Part shown: one piece after another, positions 1 through 8,478 of the stretch
How the letters are laid out: every line of letters starts with the position of its first letter
Numbering within the stretch: position 1 is the stretch's first letter
Assembly: GCA_966211855.1 (NCBI GenBank)
Contig: CBIHQL010000001.1
Span: 1 to 31,932, forward strand
Source: an uncultured bacterium
GTDB taxonomy: Bacteria; Cyanobacteriota; Cyanobacteriia; FACHB-46
DNA: 31,932 nt
Reading direction: 5' to 3'
Notes under the pieces: model-generated
Databases searched by the model: none
What the model was told of the DNA's origin: nothing
Seen by the model: only the letters and a program-made list of their open reading frames with translations
Position numbers and translations under genes: made by a program

Positions 1-2
1 AT

Positions 3-845
3 CCTGCGATTTTGTGGTGTCAAGCAAAGCCAGCCGACCATCCTTTTCTGGTAGAGCCACCTCTTACTTGGCAACCTGAATTTATCGATCGCTTAGCTAT
101 CGGAGAGCGACCCGGAAAACATCCATTGCACGATGAAGGGCATTTTTATTGTTTAGACTTCTCTTCAGTTTTTGCGGTTTCAACACTGCTGACGATCGCC
201 AAACCTGTTGATTTAGTTATTGACATGTGCGCCTCCCCCGGGGGCAAAAGCATTTTCGCTTGGACAGCACTACAACCCAATTTACTGATTAGTAATGAAG
301 TGATTGGCAAGCGTCGAGGAGCCTTGATTTCTAACTTGAAGCGGTGTCATATCAATCCGGCGATCGCTCTTACTTTAGACTCTCAAGTTTTAGCTGATTT
401 GGTGCCTCAAACGGCTCAAGTTGTCCTAGTTGATGCACCTTGTACAGGTCAGTCCTTATTAGCAAAAGGCAGCAAGGCACCCGGTTGTTTTCATCCTGTT
501 TTAATTAATAAAAATGCCAATCGGCAAAAGCGAATTTTAGCCAACTCAGCTAAGTTAGTGGCACCCCAAGGTTACCTGGCTTATATGACCTGTGCCTACT
601 CTCCCGAAGAAAACGAGCAGGTTAGTGAGTGGTTTTTAGAAAAATTTCCGCACTTTCAGCCGCTGGTTGTGCCGCATTTGCTCGCAGCTCAATCTCACTT
701 AACAGATATTCCCTGCTACCGCATGTGGCCTCATTCTGGGTTGGGTGCTGGAGCCTTTACGATTTTGTTTAAAAACACTGAGGAAGGCACCTCAAATCCC
801 CTACCACTAGAGTTTTTGCAACGCTCTGACTTCACGTATCTGTGA
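3..845 (+). CDS. RsmB/RsmF (NOL1/NOP2/Sun) family RNA m5C methyltransferase, 5'-truncated by the window edge
   Basis: Frame is open from base 3. SAM motif DMCASPGGKS, motif IV VDAPC and motif VI YMTC are present. Confidence 0.88.
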   Translation, partial: PAILWCQAKPADHPFLVEPPLTWQPEFIDRLAIGERPGKHPLHDEGHFYCLDFSSVFAVSTLLTIAKPVDLVIDMCASPGGKSIFAWTALQPNLLISNEVIGKRRGALISNLKRCHINPAIALTLDSQVLADLVPQTAQVVLVDAPCTGQSLLAKGSKAPGCFHPVLINKNANRQKRILANSAKLVAPQGYLAYMTCAYSPEENEQVSEWFLEKFPHFQPLVVPHLLAAQSHLTDIPCYRMWPHSGLGAGAFTILFKNTEEGTSNPLPLEFLQRSDFTYL

Positions 846-905
846 TGAGGCGCGTGAGCGATCGCTGCAACGGCTCCCAAAAGCTGCCTATCACGCTCTA
901 AAAAA

Positions 906-978
906 CGCCCCAGGTAGGACTCGAACCTACGGCCGTCTGCTTAGAAGGCAGATGCTCTATCCACTGAGCTACTGGAGC
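906..978 (-). tRNA. trnR-UCU: tRNA-Arg(UCU)
   Basis: Reverse complement GCTCCAGTAGCTCAGTGGATAGAGCATCTGCCTTCTAAGCAGACGGCCGTAGGTTCGAGTCCTACCTGGGGCG: acceptor GCTCCAG/CTGGGGC, anticodon stem TCTGC/GCAGA with loop CT-TCT-AA, T-loop GTTCGAG. CCA is not encoded. Confidence 0.97.
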
Positions 979-1140
979 AAAGGTTTCCAAGTGAAGTAAG
1001 GTTGGAGAAAACCGCCAAAAACCTTACAGAACTATAGGATTCTATCGTAATAGTATACAGGTTTTGCACTTACCATGCAGGATCGAACCATGGAAAGCGC
1101 CAGATTTTTGGCATGCGCCAACATTCCAGCTTGACATCGC

Positions 1141-1161
1141 TACGAAATAACTTGTTTCGTA
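1141..1161. promoter_or_regulatory. Perfect inverted repeat TACGAAA-N7-TTTCGTA, candidate transcription factor operator
   Basis: Dyad read directly, 4 nt downstream of TTGACA (1131-1136), in the divergent tRNA/CDS intergenic region. Confidence 0.35.
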
Positions 1162-1216
1162 AGTTTCCGGTCAACTACGTATTATGATGGCTCACGGAAT
1201 TTTATCTGTATCTGAG

Positions 1217-1225
1217 GGGAAGCCT
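1217..1225 (+). promoter_or_regulatory. J-box-like extended -10 element GGGAAGCCT (group 3 sigma, SigJ/SigF type)
   Basis: Matches the key positions of GGGaAtacT and is on the correct strand upstream of CDS 1472. Confidence 0.35.
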
Positions 1226-1240
1226 ATAGGTGGGGTGCGT

Positions 1241-1441
1241 CTATACCTAGTTGTAGGATAGGCAATGCTAAGCGTAAATCATAAAAGTACGCTAAAAACC
1301 CGTTAACCAGGCGTTGATTGAGATAGTGTGTTAGTCAACGTAGCGATCGCGAACCAATCATCCTTTACGGAGTTGACCATCGCTCATTCTAGGGTCGCTA
1401 CGGGGCTAATGGCTCAGCCCTAGCACGCTGCAAACAGCCCC
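1241..1441 (+). ncRNA. Candidate structured 5' leader (several hairpins, possible pseudoknot) of CDS 1472
   Basis: Stems 1241-1261, 1271-1293, 1311-1341 and 1389-1423; GGGGCT (1402-1407) is complementary to AGCCCC (1436-1441). Confidence 0.3.
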
Positions 1442-1471
1442 CTGACCGGACAACAGTCAATTGGCAGTGTC

Positions 1472-2137
1472 ATGTTTATTCTAAAGAGGCAGGATGTTGA
1501 GATATCTAGCATTCAGCATCCCAAGCGGGATCAACAGATTCTGATTCTTAATTACCAAGGACAGACCTTCCGCTTGATTAGCGTGTTCAATGCCAGTCAA
1601 GAAGAAGAGGCAAAGGCTTTTTGGCGCGATTTGACCGACAATCGGGGCAAAGCTTGTGTTTTGTTAGAAGAGCCTGAGCGCTACAGCGTTTGGGGTAAAG
1701 TACGCCTAGACCAGTTAGCCAGCGAGGCTCAAGGCTCAGGTGACACAACTGCTGCGTTCTACAGCCAAGGGTGCCTACTCATTTTGCAAGCCGTTTACAT
1801 TGACATTGAAGATTTGCTAGGGGCGCGGCAAGCCAGTTTGTTTCAAAAAGACATTGCAGATGTGTTTCGGCAATGGCGCTTTCCTCAAGCTGAAACACCT
1901 GATGCCATTAACTATTTGCTAACAATGGATCCGTTATCTGCGTTGCAGTTACCTCCTTGGCAAGAACACCATCTGAATACGCTACTGCAAGAGTTACACC
2001 GCATTGGCAAAGGCTATTTTGGCAACACCAGCTTTAAAGACCGAGCGTTAGATGCCTTACAAGATATGCCTGGTGCCGATCGCACAGAATTTACAAATTG
2101 GTTAAATCAGTCCCCAGTCGGGAAGCTATGGCTGTAG
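1472..2137 (+). CDS. Conserved cyanobacterial hypothetical protein (resembles the Npun_F0813 family)
   Basis: 221-aa ORF. The N-terminus MFILKRQDVEI..IQHP is one I recall from this family; not verified by search. Confidence 0.75.
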   Translation: MFILKRQDVEISSIQHPKRDQQILILNYQGQTFRLISVFNASQEEEAKAFWRDLTDNRGKACVLLEEPERYSVWGKVRLDQLASEAQGSGDTTAAFYSQGCLLILQAVYIDIEDLLGARQASLFQKDIADVFRQWRFPQAETPDAINYLLTMDPLSALQLPPWQEHHLNTLLQELHRIGKGYFGNTSFKDRALDALQDMPGADRTEFTNWLNQSPVGKLWL

Positions 2138-2260
2138 TCTTGATTACAGTTGGCTGTCTTAAACCTTCAAGGGGATAGGCAGCGATTCCTGACAACTTTC
2201 ATATTTCTGTTTTATTTTTGATTTATTTTTTCCATTTCAGTTATCCGGTTGTGAACGTCC

Positions 2261-3310
2261 ATGAGCAGCCCTTCCAACAAATCATCGAGCTCTAAGTTAC
2301 AGCTATCAGTACAAACTATTGTTCTGAGTGCGATCGCTTGGGCTGTTTTAGCCCTGTTGTTCTTTCTACTATTTAGCGTGTCGCCGCCCGGAGAAGAACG
2401 ACCTCGCTGGTATTCGATTGGCACCTATATTTTTGAAGAGGTTGCTTACCTGGGGGCAGCCTTCTTGTGTTTCCGCAACTGGCGCAGCCCCCAAATTGTC
2501 AGTGGTCGTAATGTTTGGCTAGGCATTGGCTTAGGGATGTTGTCCTACTTTTTGGGCAACTTGCTGTTGGGCTATTGGGAGTTAGTGTGGCAGCAAGAAC
2601 CTGCCGTTTCGCCCGGAGATTTTTTCTTTGTTGCTACCTATCTCTTTTTAGGATGGGGGATGCTCTTGGCAGTGCTGACCCGCCGCCTAAACTTAGAGGC
2701 TTGGCAATGGGGCATTGTCGGGGCGATCGCCTCTATAGGGGTAGCGTTGGCTTGGTTTGTGTCGTCTCCAGTTGAAGCGCAAGCTGTGCAACCTTGGGGG
2801 ATGCAACCCGCGATCGCTCAAACCGCTCCAGCTAGACCTGCGGCGACTCCAAAGGTTAGCCCAAAAGCCACGACAGCTCCCGCACTCAAAACCGCTCCAG
2901 CCTCACCAGCGGCTACCTCTACGGCTCCAGGTACTACAGCCGAAACGACCGCATCAGTGCCGACCTGGGTAACTGACCTGGAGACAACGCTGGCTCCCCT
3001 CGAAGAGACCCTAAGCTGGTTTTATATTGTCAGTGATGTGTTTCTGCTAATTATTGCCACGATTTTGCTATTGGCTTTTTGGGGTGGTCGCTTCTCACAG
3101 TCTTGGCGGATGATTGCAGCAGCAGCTTTCTCGCTCTATATTGCCGATATCTGGTTTAACTATGCTCAAAATCGAGTCGCTGACTACCAGACAGGTAGCT
3201 TGCCCGAAGTATTTTGGGTGTTTAGCGGGGTACTTTTTGGCATTGGGGCAGCGTTGGAATATGACTTGTCTACGCGATCGCGACGCACATCAGGACGTAA
3301 ACGTGCTTAG
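2261..3310 (+). CDS. Polytopic membrane protein (~7-8 TM) with a Pro/Ala/Thr-rich loop, function unknown
   Basis: 349-aa ORF with multiple hydrophobic helices, a low-complexity PAT stretch at about aa 175-235 and a basic C-tail. Confidence 0.8.
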   Translation: MSSPSNKSSSSKLQLSVQTIVLSAIAWAVLALLFFLLFSVSPPGEERPRWYSIGTYIFEEVAYLGAAFLCFRNWRSPQIVSGRNVWLGIGLGMLSYFLGNLLLGYWELVWQQEPAVSPGDFFFVATYLFLGWGMLLAVLTRRLNLEAWQWGIVGAIASIGVALAWFVSSPVEAQAVQPWGMQPAIAQTAPARPAATPKVSPKATTAPALKTAPASPAATSTAPGTTAETTASVPTWVTDLETTLAPLEETLSWFYIVSDVFLLIIATILLLAFWGGRFSQSWRMIAAAAFSLYIADIWFNYAQNRVADYQTGSLPEVFWVFSGVLFGIGAALEYDLSTRSRRTSGRKRA

Positions 3311-3493
3311 CTAAGCCTCGGCACTGACCAAAGCTCGCTAGAGCACTGCATTAAACCGAGCGGCGATCGCATGCCAGGAATGTCTGCCACAAGCCTAGGC
3401 TCGACATAGAATAGAGAAGCCAGCCTGGGGTTGATACTATCCCTAGCGTTTAGTTGCTATCTCTGAGACGATTTCGTTCCCGAAAACTACAGC

Positions 3494-4549
3494 ATGACTC
3501 CAAGAAAACTGTCTGAGTCGGATAAACAAGACATCCTGAATCTATATCAACAACCCGGAGAGACTACCTCGACCTTGGCTGACCGTTACGGTGTGAGTAA
3601 CACGACCATTGGTCGAGTCTTGAAGAGTCTGCTGTCAGAACAAGACTACGAAGCTTTAGTCCAACAAAAGCGGACGGTTCGTCCTCAAAACAGCGCTTCC
3701 GAAGCAGTGAACGAGTTGCCTTTAGCGGTTGAGGATGTGGCAGTCGCTGGGGTGGAAGTAGCACCGCCGATAGACGACCCACAACCTAGTCAGGTGGAAC
3801 TAACCCAACCTCCAGAGCCGATTGTGACTACGACTCCGCGCCCAGTCTTGGCTGATCCCAAACGGCGAGTCCGGAAGCGATCTACGGTGGGAGATCAAGC
3901 GAATGGCGAAGATGAGAATTCAACCGAATCTCAGTTACAGTTACTCGATTTGGCAACTAACTCTGCAGCATCGACCAGCGCTGAGGTAATTACCCCTGAG
4001 CCCAAGCCGGAAGCAGCGATCGCCCACAAAGCTGAATCAGAGGAGTTGGCTGAGCTATCAGCAGATTTACGACCCTCCAAGGCAACCGCTTTTGATGACT
4101 TAGAAGAAGATTTAGACGACGATGATGATCTCGATGATTTAGACGAGGACGATCTCGATGATGAGGACGACGATGATTTAGACGATGATGAGGACGACGA
4201 TGAAGTTTCGTTCTTAGGGGCACAGCTTCAGGGCACAGCTTCGGTACAGGTTTTGCCGCTAGCAGAGGCGACCATTCCCAAAACGTTTTACCTCGTCGTC
4301 GATCGCATGGCTGAGCTAATCACTCGTCCACTGCAAGACTTTGGTGATTTGGGGCAGATCCCAACCGCAGAGACTCAAGCTAAAACCCTGCCAATTTTTG
4401 ACAATCACCGGGTGGCTCGGCGGTTTTCAAAGCGTAATCAGCGAGTGATTAAGGTACCGGATGGACGGATGTTGCACAAAGTTGGGCCTTACTTACAAGC
4501 CAAAGGGATCACGCGACTGTTGATTGACGGTCAGGTATACGGCCTGTAG
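3494..4549 (+). CDS. HTH-domain protein with a long acidic disordered region and a compact C-terminal domain
   Basis: N-terminal HTH-like segment KLSESDKQDILNLY..TTSTLADRYGVSNTTIGRVLK; D/E tract at about aa 201-238; ~105-aa folded-looking C-terminus. Confidence 0.8.
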   Translation: MTPRKLSESDKQDILNLYQQPGETTSTLADRYGVSNTTIGRVLKSLLSEQDYEALVQQKRTVRPQNSASEAVNELPLAVEDVAVAGVEVAPPIDDPQPSQVELTQPPEPIVTTTPRPVLADPKRRVRKRSTVGDQANGEDENSTESQLQLLDLATNSAASTSAEVITPEPKPEAAIAHKAESEELAELSADLRPSKATAFDDLEEDLDDDDDLDDLDEDDLDDEDDDDLDDDEDDDEVSFLGAQLQGTASVQVLPLAEATIPKTFYLVVDRMAELITRPLQDFGDLGQIPTAETQAKTLPIFDNHRVARRFSKRNQRVIKVPDGRMLHKVGPYLQAKGITRLLIDGQVYGL

Positions 4550-4571
4550 GCGATCGCATCAATCTTGAAAT

Positions 4572-4605
4572 CTAACCCCCAGCCCCTTCCATACAAGGAA
4601 GGGGC
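4572..4605 (+). repeat. REP-like element: C-rich leader CTAACCCCCA plus 9-bp hairpin GCCCCTTCC/GGAAGGGGC
   Basis: Lies between convergent stop codons (4549/4613). Near-identical in design to the element at 11792-11832 on the minus strand. Confidence 0.7.
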
Positions 4606-4612
4606 AAAATTT

Positions 4613-5074
4613 TTACGTGTGGAGTTGCTGGTGCAGTTCTTCGGCAACTCGCTTGAGACGGCGGAGTTGAGCTTGCATATCCTCTTGAGTCCAGCGAGCG
4701 GCAAATTTATCGAAGCCAAACCGGATCAGAGGATTGGGAATCTCAAATTCAAATCGATTCACTAGAAACGTGCCTTGATCGTTCGGGCGGCACTCCCAGC
4801 GATCGCGGCCCCGAAAAAAGCCTTGAAATGACCAGATCACCAAACCTGGCTCTCGCTCAGCGACAGTACTCTCAAGCGTTGGCTGCCAAAAAGGAATTTG
4901 AATTGTAAATCGGCTGCGGCTGCCCACTTGGGTGCTCCACTCACCGATCGGCTCACAGCGAAGCGCAGGATTCAGCCAGCGGTGCATTAAGTTGAGGTCG
5001 GTGATGCAGCGCTCAACGGCAGTGGCACTGGCATTGATTTGAACAGACTGCTCGAAACTTTGTAGCGGTGACAT
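4613..5074 (-). CDS. SRPBCC/polyketide cyclase-dehydrase family protein
   Basis: 153-aa ORF with START-like pattern FEQSVQINASATAVERCITDLNLMHRWLNP and a C-terminal helix MQAQLRRLKRVAE. Confidence 0.8.
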   Translation of the reverse strand: MSPLQSFEQSVQINASATAVERCITDLNLMHRWLNPALRCEPIGEWSTQVGSRSRFTIQIPFWQPTLESTVAEREPGLVIWSFQGFFRGRDRWECRPNDQGTFLVNRFEFEIPNPLIRFGFDKFAARWTQEDMQAQLRRLKRVAEELHQQLHT

Positions 5075-5404
5075 GCTGATGTAGCTGATGGGCTGCTAAG
5101 GCATCCTATCGTTACTTTAGCGATCGATGGCGCGATCGCGATTGGGATCTAGAAATTTGGTTAAAAATCATCAAATCTTAGGCTTTTAAGTCTTAATTCT
5201 CCATAAAGGTAGATGAAAAAGCGAGGGTTGGGGCTTACGTTAGCAATGTTCGATTTAGACCCTTTTGGAACCTCCCTTAGGTCTTATCTGCTTAGCGATC
5301 GCTGGGCCGACAAAGTCTTGGGTACGCATATTCTCAGATTTTTCTCTATCGAAAGCAATCTGTATTTTGGTTTCAGAACTGACATCAGGTCAGGATAAAA
5401 GGCT

Positions 5405-7183
5405 ATGGATCACACTTGGCAAGGATTAATACCGCTCTGGTCAATACCGGAGTCGATGCATCATTTGGGTTGGATGCTAGCCCAAGCGACCCCGACTCCT
5501 GCCCCAGTTCCTCTGACCGAGACTGAAGCCCCCACAGGTATACAAGCATGGGGACAGAGCCTTGGGCTTGACTTAGGAGACTCAATTTCCAACCTACTCG
5601 TAGCATTGTGCATTTTAGTCTTTGGATTGCTGATTGCAGCAATTTTAGGCGCGATCGCTCGCTGGTTGATGGGTCGCACCGATCTCGACAATAAGCTAGC
5701 CGCACGCGTGATGCGCAGCCAACCCGGCACTCGTCCCCCTCAAGTCGAGAAATGGGTTGGAGATGCCGTCTTCTGGTTGGTGGTTATTTTCACGATTGTG
5801 GCGTTCTTGCAAGCCTTGAATTTGCAAGCCGTTTCGCAACCTCTGAATAGCTTCCTCGAACAAATTCTGCTGTTTTTACCTCGCCTCCCAGGGGCACTCA
5901 TCCTGCTGGGCTTGGCTTGGCTGATTGCGACCTTTGTCAAACTGATCGTTACCCAGGGGTTGCGTACCTTTGGGTTAGATGAACGGTTAAGCGATCAAGT
6001 TACAGATCCGGTGGACACTGGAGATGCGACATTTGGCGCTGAACCCCCACGAACAATTGAACCCCCACGAGAAGCACCTTTTTCGCTCAGCGAGACGATT
6101 GGGAATGCGCTCTACTGGTTCATTTTTCTGTTGTTTTTGCCATCGATCCTCAACACTCTGCAACTTCAGGGCACGTTAGAACCTGTCCAGCAGCTCCTTG
6201 ATGAAATTCTGTCGATTTTGCCCAACATCTTAGCAGCGGTGCTAATTGGGGCGGTCGGCTGGTTTATTGCCCAGGTTGTGCGGCGGATTGTGACTAACCT
6301 TTTGGCAGCGACAGGCACCGATCGCATTGGTACACGCATTGGGTTGAACCGTGCTGCGGGTGGGCAATCGCTGTCTTGGATTATTGGCACGATTGTCTAT
6401 GTACTGATTTTGATCCCCACGGCGATCGCAGCGTTGAATGCCTTGCAAATTCAGGCAATTTCGGGGCCAGCGATTGTGATGCTGACCCAGATTCTCAACG
6501 CGATTCCGCAGATCTTTACGGCGGCCTTGATTCTCGTGCTCGCTTATGTGATTGGTCGCTTTGTGGCTGATCTGGTGACAAACATTTTGACGAGCCTTGG
6601 CTTTAACAATATTTTTTATTGGTTAGGGCTGCAAACGTCGCCTTATACACCTCCTGCGCCCCGCATGAGTGACGAGATTCCGGTTATTCAAGAGCTGGGT
6701 CAAGTCTCACCACCGACCACACCCAGAACGCGCACGCCATCTGAGGTGATGGGCATTGTGACGCTGATTGGCATCTTGCTATTTGCCACCGTCGCCGCCA
6801 CGAATGTGCTGAATTTCGCCGCCCTGACTGCGATCGTCACTGGGTTGCTGCTAGTCTTTGGTCGCATTCTTGCGGGGCTAGTGGTGTTTGCGATCGGCCT
6901 CTATCTGGCAAATTTGGCATTCAACCTGATTAGCAGCTCTGGTAATGCTCAAGCGCGAATTTTGGCGCAAACTGCCCGGATTGCCATCATCGCCTTTGTC
7001 TCAGCCATGGCGTTGCAACAAATGGGAATCGCACCCAATATTGTCAACTTGGCATTTGGCCTGCTGCTGGGAGCCATTGCAGTCGCGATCGCCTTGGCCT
7101 TTGGTTTGGGTGGTCGAGAGATTGCTGCCCAACAAACAAGAGAATGGCTCAATTCCTTTAAGGAAAAGGGTAATCAACGCTAA
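5405..7183 (+). CDS. CmpX/MscS-related multi-repeat membrane protein (mechanosensitive channel TM-helix repeats)
   Basis: 592 aa, repeated units of type LPxI.xAxxIxxxGWxIAxxV...L...G.D, ending in a MscS-like Gly/Ala helix NLAFGLLLGAIAVAIALAFGLGG. Confidence 0.78.
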   Translation: MDHTWQGLIPLWSIPESMHHLGWMLAQATPTPAPVPLTETEAPTGIQAWGQSLGLDLGDSISNLLVALCILVFGLLIAAILGAIARWLMGRTDLDNKLAARVMRSQPGTRPPQVEKWVGDAVFWLVVIFTIVAFLQALNLQAVSQPLNSFLEQILLFLPRLPGALILLGLAWLIATFVKLIVTQGLRTFGLDERLSDQVTDPVDTGDATFGAEPPRTIEPPREAPFSLSETIGNALYWFIFLLFLPSILNTLQLQGTLEPVQQLLDEILSILPNILAAVLIGAVGWFIAQVVRRIVTNLLAATGTDRIGTRIGLNRAAGGQSLSWIIGTIVYVLILIPTAIAALNALQIQAISGPAIVMLTQILNAIPQIFTAALILVLAYVIGRFVADLVTNILTSLGFNNIFYWLGLQTSPYTPPAPRMSDEIPVIQELGQVSPPTTPRTRTPSEVMGIVTLIGILLFATVAATNVLNFAALTAIVTGLLLVFGRILAGLVVFAIGLYLANLAFNLISSSGNAQARILAQTARIAIIAFVSAMALQQMGIAPNIVNLAFGLLLGAIAVAIALAFGLGGREIAAQQTREWLNSFKEKGNQR

Positions 7184-7230
7184 TTTCACTGACCGCAGAT
7201 TTGCATGGGCTTCCTGGGCGAATACTTGCG

Positions 7231-7302
7231 GCCCCCTCCCGTCCCCCAACTTTTGGGGAAGCTCCGTTCAAGTTCCCCCCAAAGTTGGGGGGTTAGGGGG
7301 GC
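7231..7302. repeat. Inverted doublet of REP-like leader-plus-hairpin elements forming one long palindrome
   Basis: Left arm GCCCCCTCCCGTCCCCCAACTTTTGGGGAA versus reverse complement of right arm GCCCCCCTAACCCCCCAACTTTGGGGGGAA. Confidence 0.72.
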
Positions 7303-7339
7303 CAATCTCAGTACGTGCAGGAAGTCTCAAAAACCATTC

Positions 7340-7381
7340 TCCCTAACGCCCTCTTCTACTGAGTTAGAAGGGGGATTTTTT
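7340..7381 (+). repeat. REP-like element CCCTAAC plus 10-bp hairpin, followed by a T-run (may act as terminator)
   Basis: Stem 7349-7358 pairs with 7365-7374 (one G-U), followed by ATTTTTT; located between convergent genes. Confidence 0.55.
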
Positions 7382-7395
7382 AGGGCTGTATGGGT

Positions 7396-8478
7396 TTAGT
7401 CACCGAGATAAATGCCCAACCCGCGAGCAGTTTTGACCAAGGTGCCATGCTGATTAACCGCACGATATTGAGCGATCGCTTCGGTAATGGGTACACTGAC
7501 CACCCGCCGATTTTGCCAGGTCACCATCTGGTCATACTCTCCGGCTGCAATTAGATCAACGGCTGCGACCCCAAACGCTGAAGCTACCAGGCGATCGAGC
7601 GGTGAAGGAGTGCCGCCCCGCTGCACGTGCCCCAAGACGGTGACTCGAGTTTCTGCGCCACTGCAAGCACAAATGCGATCGGCTAAATAATCTCCAATCC
7701 CGCCATAGCGACAGTGACCAAAGCGATCGGTGATGCACACAGATTCGCCAGTCTCGGTGCGTACAGCCTCTGAGACAATCACCAGCGAGTAGTTTTTGCC
7801 TTGCTCTTGGCGTTCTTTGAGCTTGTGGCAAACATTGGCGATCGTATAAGGAATTTCGGGGATCAAGATTACGTCAGCACCCCCAGCAATGCCCGCTGTA
7901 ATCGCAATGTGTCCAGCATCGCGGCCCATGACCTCTAAGATAATCACACGACTGTGACTGGCAGCAGTGAAGTGCAAGCGATCGAGGGCTTCGGTGGCGG
8001 TGTTGACTGCTGTATCAAAGCCAATTGAGTGTTCTGTGACACCCACATCGTTGTCAATCGTTTTGGGGATTGCAATCAAATTAAGGTTGCCTTGCTGAGC
8101 GATCCGCCGCAAAATTGCCATGCTGCCGTCACCCCCAATGCCGATGATGGCGTCTAAGCCGAGCTGATGATAGCCGTCGATAATGTCTTGGGAGCGATCG
8201 CACACCGTTCCATCAGGCATCGGAAACGCAAACGGGTTGCCCTTATTGGTCGTGCCTAAGATCGTGCCGCCCGCAACTAATAGCGGATCCACTTTTTCGG
8301 GGTAAAGCTGCACGGCCTGGGGTGGGTGGTTCATCAACCCTTGTGTTGCTTGGCGAATCCCCAAAACTTCCCAGCCGTAACCACCTACGGCTCGACAAAC
8401 CACGGCACGGATTGCGGCATTCAAGCCCGCACAATCACCACCACTGGTTAAAATTCCAATGCGCTTCTGCTCGCCCAT
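7396..8478 (-). CDS. pfkA: 6-phosphofructokinase, PfkA family
   Basis: IGILTSGGDCAGLN, GIGGDGS, PKTIDND, EVMGRDAG and LGHVQRGG motifs. Start moved to ATG 8478 (MGEQKRIG). Confidence 0.95.
   Translation of the reverse strand: MGEQKRIGILTSGGDCAGLNAAIRAVVCRAVGGYGWEVLGIRQATQGLMNHPPQAVQLYPEKVDPLLVAGGTILGTTNKGNPFAFPMPDGTVCDRSQDIIDGYHQLGLDAIIGIGGDGSMAILRRIAQQGNLNLIAIPKTIDNDVGVTEHSIGFDTAVNTATEALDRLHFTAASHSRVIILEVMGRDAGHIAITAGIAGGADVILIPEIPYTIANVCHKLKERQEQGKNYSLVIVSEAVRTETGESVCITDRFGHCRYGGIGDYLADRICACSGAETRVTVLGHVQRGGTPSPLDRLVASAFGVAAVDLIAAGEYDQMVTWQNRRVVSVPITEAIAQYRAVNQHGTLVKTARGLGIYLGD

Noticed and set aside
906-978. tRNA-Arg as an integration site for an island
   Set aside because: No integrase, no duplicated tRNA 3' end, and the flanks carry HIP1 sites and ordinary cyanobacterial genes.
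1184-1261. 25-codon ORF MMAHGILSVSEGKPIGGVRLYLVVG in the intergenic region
   Set aside because: No ribosome-binding site, overlaps the putative promoter, and is of a length expected by chance.
3494-3640. Transposase suggested by the N-terminal HTH
   Set aside because: No DDE or other catalytic domain, inverted repeats or target-site duplication.
4095-4206. Repeat array or CRISPR
   Set aside because: Imperfect in-frame GAY/GAR codon repeats encoding an acidic tract; no constant repeat-spacer structure.
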